Below are positions 54,306-63,362 of a stretch of DNA of 64,000 nt, one piece after another. Under the pieces are notes generated by a model. The model had not been told where the DNA came from, ran no database searches, and saw nothing but the letters and a program-made list of their open reading frames with translations. The translations under genes and the position numbers were made by a program. Positions within the stretch are counted from its first letter, which is position 1; every line of letters begins with the position of its first letter. This DNA is from Gammaproteobacteria bacterium (lineage in GTDB: Bacteria; Pseudomonadota; Gammaproteobacteria; UBA4575), in assembly GCA_965243395.1 (NCBI GenBank), contig CBDEUS010000001.1:992001-1056000 (forward strand), given 5' to 3'.

Positions 54306-55055
54306 TTAGGCTGCAGTTGCCTCAGGTTGACTATCAGTTACAAAGTTAAGAACCTTTACCGATGCCATTTCAAGACTATCAACAATTTCAGTCGTCTTGG
54401 TTGAAAGCCATGCATGTATTAGCAATAAAGGAATACCTACCATCAAACCAAATGCAGTGGTGTTCATTGCTACAGAAATATTTGCTGATAAGATATCTGC
54501 TTTATCCGCAGGATTAGCTTCTGCAATTGATGTAAATGCACCAATCAAACCAATAATAGTTCCAAGCAATCCAAGTAAAGTGGCAATATTTGCGAAGGTG
54601 GCAAGATAGTGCGTACGTTTTTCTAGTTTCGGCAACACTTCCATTAAGCCTTCTTCCATTGCAATTTCAACATCATCACGACGTCGTGTAGTTTTTGCAC
54701 GTAGAAAACCATAGTGAATAATGCGACTTACCGCTGCTTTGGATTTTTCTGCAAAACCCATTGCTTGTGACAAATTCCCACTTCTTAAAGCAGACTGTAG
54801 TTTGTTCCAAGCTAACTGGTTACGCGTACGTGACGCTGAAAGATAAAGATATCTTTCAATTGCAATCGCAATACCAATTGCAAGAATGATTGCAATTGGA
54901 ATCATGAATGGCCCACCTGATTGGAAAAAAGAAACTACCGTTTCATAAAGGCTCGGATCATGCACTTCAGGAGTGAGTAACATTTCTGTACCATCTTCCA
55001 TCATTACAGTCTCTGAACCATCGGTAGTGATGATTTCTGACCCGTTCTCTTCCAT
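54306..55055 (-). CDS. MotA/TolQ/ExbB proton-channel protein (AglR-like)
   Basis: GGPFM, ATLLGLLGTI.GLI.AF, ISVAMNTTAFGL. Confidence 0.93.
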   Translation of the reverse strand: MEENGSEIITTDGSETVMMEDGTEMLLTPEVHDPSLYETVVSFFQSGGPFMIPIAIILAIGIAIAIERYLYLSASRTRNQLAWNKLQSALRSGNLSQAMGFAEKSKAAVSRIIHYGFLRAKTTRRRDDVEIAMEEGLMEVLPKLEKRTHYLATFANIATLLGLLGTIIGLIGAFTSIAEANPADKADILSANISVAMNTTAFGLMVGIPLLLIHAWLSTKTTEIVDSLEMASVKVLNFVTDSQPEATAA

Positions 55056-55090
55056 TTTTTTGCTCCTTAGCGTTTAACGCTTTAATAAAA

Positions 55091-55108
55091 TCCAGCTCAC
55101 TAGCTGGA
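55091..55108. other. Intercistronic hairpin
   Basis: tccagct-cact-agctgga between the GltF-like and ExbB genes. Confidence 0.5.
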
Positions 55109-55122
55109 ATGAAAACTTAAAA

Positions 55123-55407
55123 TTAATAATATTGTTCGTAATAACTTACTTTTCTTTTGTGCACATCCTTATCTACAGGACCTAGTACTTCATCTAGTAA
55201 ACTTTGCAGAGGCGACCCGTCTAATTTTCCTGGCTCCGGTGCCTTCCAGGGAACAATAACCAACGCCTTGGGTAATTCACGATTACCTATAACTGAAATA
55301 CCCTCTAATTCTTGAGTAGGGCCCACTTGTTTTACTCTTGGATTGTCTTCAGCCGTTACAACACAACATGTTAGAAATAAACTGACAAAAACTAATATTT
55401 TTTTCAT
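55123..55407 (-). CDS. Small secreted protein (GltF/CglF-like)
   Basis: Signal peptide; G..V.GNRELPK.L.IVPW; position between the TPR gene and ExbB. Confidence 0.7.
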   Translation of the reverse strand: MKKILVFVSLFLTCCVVTAEDNPRVKQVGPTQELEGISVIGNRELPKALVIVPWKAPEPGKLDGSPLQSLLDEVLGPVDKDVHKRKVSYYEQYY

Positions 55408-55412
55408 TTTAC

Positions 55413-56078
55413 TTAGCTACCCTGCTTCTTTAACTGAGACATCCACGCAATTACTTGCTTATCCTGCCCACCAGATAAATCCAAATATTCTTGATAATGG
55501 TTTAATGCGCACCCTATTTTCCTTAAATAGACATCACACAAAATAGCTAGATTCAGATGGGCGTTTTTATAATCCGGATACGCGGCCAGAGCTTTAATAT
55601 ATAGCTTCTCAGCTTCATCAAACTCGCCATTTTCACGCTTTAAAATAGCTAGTTGGTTCAAGGCATATGGATTATTTGGGTTGATCATAATCGCTTTTTC
55701 AAAGGCAAGTTGTGCGCGTTTAGTGTCACCCAGTTCTTTATAAGCGACGCCAATATTTACCCATGGCCCGGAGACTCGTCGATCCATCTTGGCCACGTTT
55801 TGCATTTCAATAATGGCCGTATCGTAATTTTTTGCACTCATATGCTTTAATGCTTCGTTGTAAGCCGTTATTGTTTTCTTGCTAATCCTAAATTTAGGTT
55901 GTGCTAATAATTTTTCTGCAGGCTTTTCATTTTTTGTTGCACTAGTTTTTGAATTCGCCGGCTTTTTAAGGCTTGGTAAATTTGCACAACTAGACAACGT
56001 TGTAATAGCAAATACCATTACACCGAGAACTACTAAAAATTTAATAGATGTTTTGTACAAGGTTTTCACTCCGTTCAA
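55413..56078 (-). CDS. TPR lipoprotein (GltE/AglT-like)
   Basis: Lipobox LSSC, several TPRs, NLAILCDVYL..A..HY..Y. Confidence 0.85.
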   Translation of the reverse strand: MNGVKTLYKTSIKFLVVLGVMVFAITTLSSCANLPSLKKPANSKTSATKNEKPAEKLLAQPKFRISKKTITAYNEALKHMSAKNYDTAIIEMQNVAKMDRRVSGPWVNIGVAYKELGDTKRAQLAFEKAIMINPNNPYALNQLAILKRENGEFDEAEKLYIKALAAYPDYKNAHLNLAILCDVYLRKIGCALNHYQEYLDLSGGQDKQVIAWMSQLKKQGS

Positions 56079-58857
56079 CTTTCACATATTGTGCCGGTGA
56101 TAAAATTGCTAATTCAGTCATACTTTTCTTAACCCACTCGTCATACACCTCGGCTGAAATACGTGCTGCATTTAATTCGTGTACTTCAATTGCCTGTTCT
56201 TCAAACGGATAAGCTTGTTCTTCTAAAAGTATTTCATATTGTTCAATTTCTTCACTAGACAATCCTTTAGGACGATCAGATTCCATCATCGCGATCGCAA
56301 AGTCTTGATAAATTCTTCCAGTCCAATACGTTGCTGCTGTAGTTACTTGTGCAACTTTATAATTACTTGCGGTTTCATAAGCATCTAATGCAACCTGCAT
56401 TTGTTTCTTCTTGCGTTTCAGATTTTTTTCTAATGGATGTCGTAAAGAAATTAGCTTATATGCCTCATACTGAATTTTAGCCAAATCCAATGTAGCGTTA
56501 GCAGCCAAAAACTTTGTGCGGTCATTTCGCTCTGCTCCAGCCTGAGCATCGGTATCGATCAATCTACGTTGCCAAGTGCGCTTTTCTTTAATTTTTTTAC
56601 GCCCGTCATACATTTCGATAAGTTTCTGCATTGATTCCATTGCAGGTTCAACAGGCTTCGGATGTTCTTCCACGTAAGCAATTAAACTTTTTTCTGCACC
56701 ATAAAAATCTCCCCCCTTGTCATAGAGACTCGCAGCTTGTAAATGTGCCTCTCGTTTCAATTTAAGATCGCTTGAGCTTGCACCAATAACCTCATATTCT
56801 TTTGCAGCTTTCAGATGTTGGCCGCCTTTGTCGTACGACACCGCAAGTTTTTTAGTTACATCACTTTGCAATTCATGCTCTGGATAGCGCATACGAAAGT
56901 CTTCTAAAGTTGTAGAAGCACGATTCCAATCCTCAAGTTCTAGCAATGCTGCAGAAGCATCATACTGAGCAGTTGCACGAATCTTTGCATCAGGAACGAC
57001 TTGACCCACCCTTAGATAATGAGAAACGGCAGCATCCAAATCGCCTTCTTTTTTACTTGCTTCACCTTGTTTGTAAACTGAAGCTGCCAGTCGATCTTTT
57101 AATGGTTCACGTAACTCCTTATTAGCTTCAACTCTACGCAAAGCTTCAACATATGCCTTTTCTGAACTGGCAAACTGATTTGTATCGAAAGCTGAGTTAG
57201 CTTTAACGGCCCAAGCCGATAACACCAGTTTTTGATCCGCACTCGAGTGCTCTTTAATAATAATGTCGGATGCTTCAGTAGCACGTTCATAATCTTTACG
57301 TGCGTAAAGTTCTTCAGCAGTAACTGTCATTACCTTAGGTACTTCAGGATGCTCAGGATGATTTTCATTAAACTTGAATGAACTATCGATGAGTTGATTT
57401 TTTATTGCTGATTGTTGAGCAGCACTGTTTTCTAACTTAAGCCACTCGTTATAAGCAATAATTGCGGCGTAACCAGCCTCTGCAGATTTAGGATGTTTCT
57501 TGTAATCGTAAGCAGTCTTTTCATAAGACTGTACAGCGTTAGCATATTGCTTGGTTTCATATTGAACTTCCGCTAAATAGAAGTTCATTTCAGATGCTTT
57601 TTCATCCTCAGGGAAAGAATCTAGATAAGCCGTATACCACGTTGCAGCTTCATCATAGAATTCTTTAGGCTTATTACGCTCTTTCTGTGCAACTGAATGA
57701 TAATGTTTTGCAAGATCGGTAATTGTAGATTTAAGCAGTGAAACAATATCTTCTGAATCAGTTATTTCATTGTGAACCCAATATTCAGACTTTAAATTGT
57801 AGTCCACAACAAATTCTTTCTTTGCACGTAGAACTTCTGTAGGAAAGTTGCCTTTCTTATACGCATCAATGGATTTAATTTGAAAATGCGGTGCCTTAGG
57901 GCTGAATCTATGTGTTTCTACAAACTGCCTGTAAGTATTAGCAGCGTCACTCCAACGACGTTTTTCTAGATATTGCTCGCCCAATCGTTCATAGACTAAA
58001 ATCTCATATGGTTTTCTTCCAGATTTTGCAAAAAATCCAGATACCTCATCCGGTCCACCTAAATATGCAAAACTTAAGCTAATTGCACGTAACGTATCGT
58101 CTACGAGTTCTTGATCAGGTTGAGATAGTTGCGCAATTTGTTCTTTTTCAACACCATTGACAAGTAAATTATCCAAAACCAAGTTAAAAGATGGGAGACC
58201 ATAATCATAATCGACTTGCTTGAAGTGCGACCAACCATGTTTATAAAGTGAATGAATATAAAAACGACTTTCAGATCCATGATTTATAACAGACTCATAT
58301 GCATCTTCTGCTTGTGCATATTGTTTTTCAACAAATAAAATTTCGGCACGTCTAAATTGTGTTTCCGCAAAATATGCCGACTGAGGATATTCATAAACCA
58401 ATTGATCCAATGCCTTTAAAGCTTTTTCATGTTCACCACTAAGCTCATAGGCGCGTGAGATTTGATATAGCACACGATCTCTTCCTTCGTAAGTAGTGTG
58501 CTTAGCCAATATATCTTCATATAATTTAATAGTTTCTGCATAACTAGACTTGTTAGGTACTTGAACATTTTCGGCCAAATGATCTTCTGTCTCCTCCATT
58601 CGCAAATCACCTAAGCGACGCAGAACCTCAGGATGCACATCGTCTGGATTTTCTTTAACTATTTTTCTATATTGACTAATTGCTTTGGTTCGACTGCTTT
58701 TTACAGGAACATCTTCATTTACTTTGACTTTCTTCTTGCTAACACTGCCAATAGTATGGCCACGCCCCTTGCCAAAGCTTCCACACGAAACCAGTAAGCT
58801 AGCAATCATGATTGCAAGAATAATTTTTTGAACGAGGCCTACCAAAACTTCCACCAT
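56041..58857 (-). CDS. Large TPR lipoprotein (GltD/AgmU-like)
   Basis: Lipobox LVSC, LRRLGDL, FRRAE, Y...LEEQAYPFEEQAI. Confidence 0.85.
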   Translation of the reverse strand: MVEVLVGLVQKIILAIMIASLLVSCGSFGKGRGHTIGSVSKKKVKVNEDVPVKSSRTKAISQYRKIVKENPDDVHPEVLRRLGDLRMEETEDHLAENVQVPNKSSYAETIKLYEDILAKHTTYEGRDRVLYQISRAYELSGEHEKALKALDQLVYEYPQSAYFAETQFRRAEILFVEKQYAQAEDAYESVINHGSESRFYIHSLYKHGWSHFKQVDYDYGLPSFNLVLDNLLVNGVEKEQIAQLSQPDQELVDDTLRAISLSFAYLGGPDEVSGFFAKSGRKPYEILVYERLGEQYLEKRRWSDAANTYRQFVETHRFSPKAPHFQIKSIDAYKKGNFPTEVLRAKKEFVVDYNLKSEYWVHNEITDSEDIVSLLKSTITDLAKHYHSVAQKERNKPKEFYDEAATWYTAYLDSFPEDEKASEMNFYLAEVQYETKQYANAVQSYEKTAYDYKKHPKSAEAGYAAIIAYNEWLKLENSAAQQSAIKNQLIDSSFKFNENHPEHPEVPKVMTVTAEELYARKDYERATEASDIIIKEHSSADQKLVLSAWAVKANSAFDTNQFASSEKAYVEALRRVEANKELREPLKDRLAASVYKQGEASKKEGDLDAAVSHYLRVGQVVPDAKIRATAQYDASAALLELEDWNRASTTLEDFRMRYPEHELQSDVTKKLAVSYDKGGQHLKAAKEYEVIGASSSDLKLKREAHLQAASLYDKGGDFYGAEKSLIAYVEEHPKPVEPAMESMQKLIEMYDGRKKIKEKRTWQRRLIDTDAQAGAERNDRTKFLAANATLDLAKIQYEAYKLISLRHPLEKNLKRKKKQMQVALDAYETASNYKVAQVTTAATYWTGRIYQDFAIAMMESDRPKGLSSEEIEQYEILLEEQAYPFEEQAIEVHELNAARISAEVYDEWVKKSMTELAILSPAQYVKVERSENLVQNIY

Positions 58858-60809
58858 CTTTTAGATTTTTTAGACTGATTTTCTACATCAACATCTATTT
58901 GTTGTTGCCCTGGTGGCGTTGAAGCGACTGCATCATATGCAGCAGCTAGTTCATAACGTGCATGTTTTTCATAGCCTGCTAGTATTTTTTCACGCTTCTT
59001 TAATTCTTTTACAGCTACGTGCTCAAGATAGCGTGATTGCTCTAAAAACACTCGCTCGGCAATTGGAATGAGTCTTTTTATTTCTTTATGTAAAGCTAGT
59101 ATTCGTGCTTCGAATTCATCAAATTTTTCTACACTTTCTGAAATTGCTTTTTTTATTGAAACACTTTTATCAGGTGTTATAGACAAATGCTTTTCAATTT
59201 CTGATATTTTTTGCTTATGATTCCATTTGCGCTCAATGTAGGCACTATGAATTTGCCATTTCATTATTCCTCGCATCAAATCTACTTTTTCTCGCATTTG
59301 AGCAATTTTATTGTTATCAGGTTCTTGCTTTGCTAGTAAATCAAGACGTTCTTCAAGCTCATCTATTTTCGCTAATTTATGCTTTTCTTCAGCGGTTGCT
59401 AACTGAATGAAAGCATCATCATTTTCAATTTCGTTTAATACAAATGACAAAGTATCTTTTTGTGATTGCAATTTACTTAAATCTAACTCATGCAATCGAG
59501 CTTTTACGAGAGGTAAATATTTTTGGTAACGAGCTTTGCGCGTATCAAGCATAGTGAGATAAATTTGTATATTTTCATCCCAATACATTAAATTTTTCTT
59601 TAAAAATAATAAGTCACGAAAATTTTTCAATGCTTCATGAAATTCATGCTCAGCCAATAATTCTGTAAAATATTTAACTTCAGGCAATTCGGGTAAGTCA
59701 CGAAGTGTCCAAAACCATCCCATTTGGGGGCCACCTTTAGTTCTATCGAGTAAAGCACTGACTAATGCGCCTTGTTCAATTTCATTCGCTGCATAAGAAA
59801 GCTCTTGCGCTTCTGTTAAATAAATATCTGCAGCTTTTTCGTATGCTTGTACGGCTCTTCCATGCAAACCCATAGCATTATATGCATGCGCCAAAGCCAG
59901 AATCCCTTCTTGTACTTCAGAGTGGTATGCACTGCGGTTACGTAGTTCCATTAGTGGGGCTAACGCATAATTATGTCTGTTGGCATTAGTATTTGCCCAA
60001 CCAATGCCCAGTAATGCCAAGTTGGAATAAAGACCTTCAAGGCGAACTTTTTCTAAATATTCAATCGCATCTTCAGGTCGATCATTTTGAATAAGTGTTA
60101 GACCTGAAGCGAGATTAGCGCGATCACGAAGTGTGCGCAGCGTCTCAGTTTCTGCTTTTAACTTACCAACCTTTTTTAAGTAATCGATACCTGTTTCAAT
60201 ATCACCGCGTTTTGTATGAGCAATGCCTAAATTATAATTTGCATAATGTTTGTAATTCTTTGAAGCCTTCCAATTATCTAAACTAGAAATTGCCGCGCCA
60301 TAATTTCCTTGCGACATATATACTTGACCGGTGAGTAGTTTCAATTCACCAAAAATACTTTCTTGAACCGGTCCACTTACATTACTTAAAAATTCAGCAG
60401 ATTCGTCTAAATAACCACGCTGAAAATAAATTTTTGCCAGGTAATAGTATGCACGGTTCTTTATCGTTTCACGTACATTACCTTCTAAAAGTTTATTGAA
60501 AATGCGTTTTGACTCTTTATGCAAACCATAAGACAAGTCGATACCGCCAAGTAACAACTCATCTTCTGGCACATGATTGGACGTGCGATTTAAATCACGT
60601 GCTGCTAGTAAATGAACAATAGAGGTAAAATAGTCTTCTTGATAAAAATGAAATAAAACTTCACCGTAGTGAAGGTCCTTGATAATATTTGGATCTTCTG
60701 TTTTTGCGTGAGTTAGCCCAGAAAATAGCAAAAGTATAGAAACGCAAAAAGCCAAGTTTCCCTTGGCTTTATATTTGTTTATCGCCGATAATAATTTAAC
60801 GATTAACAT
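58839..60809 (-). CDS. Periplasmic TPR + coiled-coil protein
   Basis: Signal peptide, DLHYGEVLF.FYQ, TPR-like helices, long coiled coil, ends RWWKFW. Confidence 0.8.
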   Translation of the reverse strand: MLIVKLLSAINKYKAKGNLAFCVSILLLFSGLTHAKTEDPNIIKDLHYGEVLFHFYQEDYFTSIVHLLAARDLNRTSNHVPEDELLLGGIDLSYGLHKESKRIFNKLLEGNVRETIKNRAYYYLAKIYFQRGYLDESAEFLSNVSGPVQESIFGELKLLTGQVYMSQGNYGAAISSLDNWKASKNYKHYANYNLGIAHTKRGDIETGIDYLKKVGKLKAETETLRTLRDRANLASGLTLIQNDRPEDAIEYLEKVRLEGLYSNLALLGIGWANTNANRHNYALAPLMELRNRSAYHSEVQEGILALAHAYNAMGLHGRAVQAYEKAADIYLTEAQELSYAANEIEQGALVSALLDRTKGGPQMGWFWTLRDLPELPEVKYFTELLAEHEFHEALKNFRDLLFLKKNLMYWDENIQIYLTMLDTRKARYQKYLPLVKARLHELDLSKLQSQKDTLSFVLNEIENDDAFIQLATAEEKHKLAKIDELEERLDLLAKQEPDNNKIAQMREKVDLMRGIMKWQIHSAYIERKWNHKQKISEIEKHLSITPDKSVSIKKAISESVEKFDEFEARILALHKEIKRLIPIAERVFLEQSRYLEHVAVKELKKREKILAGYEKHARYELAAAYDAVASTPPGQQQIDVDVENQSKKSKRWWKFW

Positions 60810-60816
60810 TAATTTA

Positions 60817-61365
60817 TTATTCCCATTCTTTAACTATGAAATCAGGCTGATGCTTTGGAGTCCTGTCTGTAATTTTCAACTCTAAATATTTTGCCCCTAG
60901 ACCTTTATCGATTATTCGATTTGCGCCGCGTTTAAAATCTCTTCCTTTAGGACCTCTGCCGACAAAATATGCTACAAGCTCATGTTCACCTGACGGTAGA
61001 TTACCTATATATATTTGATGTACCCCGCCACGTAGTAATGCATCAACTTCGCGCTCAGTGTAAAGATAATTCGCTACAACCTTTTCGTTTAACATGACTT
61101 GAACAGAATCCAAATCAAAAAAATCACCTACATCAACTGATACGTAAACAGCAACTTGAGTACTGGATGGATAAAGAAGCTCTTCTTCTAAAATATAAAG
61201 GTCACGATTTAATTCAAGTACTTCTTCTTTTAACACTTGAATATCATCATCCAAACCTTGGAAGTCTTGTTCTTCACTAGCATTTAATTCGCCAATGTCA
61301 GCACCTACACTGCATACAAATGCCAGCAAAACAGTACTAATTATTAAAATAAATTTCTTATGCAT
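60817..61365 (-). CDS. Secreted coiled-coil + beta-sandwich hypothetical protein
   Basis: Signal peptide, LKEEVLELNRDL..LEEELL, YLYTERE..AL.RGG; no HTH visible. Confidence 0.78.
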   Translation of the reverse strand: MHKKFILIISTVLLAFVCSVGADIGELNASEEQDFQGLDDDIQVLKEEVLELNRDLYILEEELLYPSSTQVAVYVSVDVGDFFDLDSVQVMLNEKVVANYLYTEREVDALLRGGVHQIYIGNLPSGEHELVAYFVGRGPKGRDFKRGANRIIDKGLGAKYLELKITDRTPKHQPDFIVKEWE

Positions 61366-61423
61366 ATTTTTTCTCCACCGACACTTCTACTGTACTTTTA
61401 TTAATCCTTGGTTAAATTACTCA

Positions 61424-62560
61424 CTAGAACCAAGAAGAAATGTAGAACTGTATGGTTGTAGCATCAAATGAATACCCGCCTCCTAAACTTGCGGTATCAG
61501 CAACTGACTCTATTCCCGAATAATCGTCATAGTCATAGTCCAAATACTCAACTGCGAGATTTAATGAAGCTGTGCGTAAAAATTTGTAGTCTTTAAATAA
61601 GTCGTAACGAACACGCCCACCTATTGCAAAGCTATCAAACGTACTAAGCTCTTTATCCCGCGCCATATATCTCAATCGAGTGCTGAAATTGTCGCTATAG
61701 AAATCCGCCTTATCCTGGGTGTAATAGCGACCATAAACGTCAACAACCCATTGATTTCCAATGTATTGTGAATAATTAAGGTCTACGGTATGTGAACGAA
61801 TGTCCCAAGTGTCCCTATAAAACCGATAACCGACTGATGTTGAAGCTCTATGCTGCCAGTATTTAATACCTTTCAAAGAATAGGCTTGTCCTGTCCTTGT
61901 ATCAGGATATTCTTCAGAGCCGCTACCTTGAGAAACACCGTTTACAAATACAAAACGATAGGGGTTATTTAGAAAGCCTTCTTCAACGGTTGCTTCATAA
62001 TCAAACTGCATGGCAATCGTTTTTGTAATCACCTGTGAGATCCCAGCACGGAATAGATAACGATCTAAATCCTCTGCAAAACTATCTAAATCAACTCTTT
62101 CTATATCATCGGTACCAATTGAAGCGCCGATATTCATTTTAGTCATGGCTCCAAACATTTCGTGTGAAATGTCGAAACTCACTAAATTAGCTTCGTAATC
62201 ATCTTCGTCACTGAAGGTATAAGACAGATCCATTAAAGTATTGTCATATAAGTAAGTACCTCCAAGCGTGAATTCGTCACGTTCTTCGTCATATTCGCTT
62301 GCACCTGCTAAAACATCTGGCGATGCGCCACTGATACTGTCATGGTGATAGCCACCATAAATAGAATATTTACCTGCAAAATTTTTACGTACCAGCATTG
62401 TCGCACCATCAACCTCTACCCCTCCTCCATCATAGTAGTGGTAACCTATGTCTGCTCGTTCTTCTGGCAATACTTCTGCCCACACATGATGACTACTAAA
62501 CATTGTTAGCAGTAAAATTAGAAAATATTTTTTGTAATATTTTTTAATCATTATGCTCAA
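61424..62560 (-). CDS. DUF3570 outer-membrane beta-barrel with flavinylation-like motifs
   Basis: Signal peptide, DSISGASPDVLAGAS, GFLNNPYR, P..R, R.Y.D.W, C-terminal F. Confidence 0.85.
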   Translation of the reverse strand: MSIMIKKYYKKYFLILLLTMFSSHHVWAEVLPEERADIGYHYYDGGGVEVDGATMLVRKNFAGKYSIYGGYHHDSISGASPDVLAGASEYDEERDEFTLGGTYLYDNTLMDLSYTFSDEDDYEANLVSFDISHEMFGAMTKMNIGASIGTDDIERVDLDSFAEDLDRYLFRAGISQVITKTIAMQFDYEATVEEGFLNNPYRFVFVNGVSQGSGSEEYPDTRTGQAYSLKGIKYWQHRASTSVGYRFYRDTWDIRSHTVDLNYSQYIGNQWVVDVYGRYYTQDKADFYSDNFSTRLRYMARDKELSTFDSFAIGGRVRYDLFKDYKFLRTASLNLAVEYLDYDYDDYSGIESVADTASLGGGYSFDATTIQFYISSWF

Positions 62561-62562
62561 AT

Positions 62563-62829
62563 TTAATTACAACCACACCCACCACCATGCGAATAGCCAG
62601 CACCACGTGCACCTTCACGTGTGTTAAATACATGCTGTCTATATTTGTTAGATAAAGGATCTTTATTAAAACTCATAATGGGGTCTGCCAAATATTCGCG
62701 CTCATAAGGTGCGACCCAAGGCTCTAATTCAGGCAAACTTGGTAAACGAAATGATGAACAAGCACTTAAAGTAATAAGAACTACAGAAATAAATAAAAAC
62801 TGCGCAACTTTTTTAGAAATAATCAACAT
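62563..62829 (-). CDS. DUF4266 lipoprotein
   Basis: Lipobox LSAC, V.PYER..LADP.M, RE.A.G...GGGCGCN. Confidence 0.9.
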   Translation of the reverse strand: MLIISKKVAQFLFISVVLITLSACSSFRLPSLPELEPWVAPYEREYLADPIMSFNKDPLSNKYRQHVFNTREGARGAGYSHGGGCGCN

Positions 62830-62832
62830 GAC

Positions 62833-63342
62833 TTATTCCTTTCTTAAGGCTTGAATTTGGCGGTGATAGCGTTCGATATAGCCTTTCTTATATCCTTTAT
62901 TTACATGACGAATTTTTCCTGAGCGATCAATGATGATCGTGGTTGGCATGGCTTTGATATCAAAACTTCTGCTGACGTTTTTGTCTTCATCAAATAAGAC
63001 AGGAAAATTAACTTTTAATTTTTTTGCTAAATACATTGCTTTAGACTGATCTTCGTCAATATTGATGCCTAGTAATTCAAAGTCATACGGGTCTAAAGAT
63101 TCATGCAATTCATTTAGACGGGGAATTTCTTCTGTACATGGACCACACCATGTAGCCCAAAAATTTAGCATTACAATACGTCCTTTTAATTCACTTAAAC
63201 GTATATTCTTTCCGGAAGCACTTTTTAGTGTGAAATCTGGCGCTGTATCAACTTTAATCTTGGCAAATGAGATTACGCTTGCAGCACTAACTACAAGTAA
63301 TAAAGTTAAGATCCCTATAACTAATATATATTTTTTACTCAT
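62833..63342 (-). CDS. TlpA-family periplasmic thiol-disulfide reductase
   Basis: N-terminal anchor, APDFTL, NFWATWCGPC, MPTT. Confidence 0.93.
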   Translation of the reverse strand: MSKKYILVIGILTLLLVVSAASVISFAKIKVDTAPDFTLKSASGKNIRLSELKGRIVMLNFWATWCGPCTEEIPRLNELHESLDPYDFELLGINIDEDQSKAMYLAKKLKVNFPVLFDEDKNVSRSFDIKAMPTTIIIDRSGKIRHVNKGYKKGYIERYHRQIQALRKE

Positions 63343-63362
63343 GATGTTACTTTTCTGAATAA

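Noticed and set aside
60817-61365. AraC regulator label that I recall being attached to similar proteins
   Set aside because: Has a signal peptide and no helix-turn-helix
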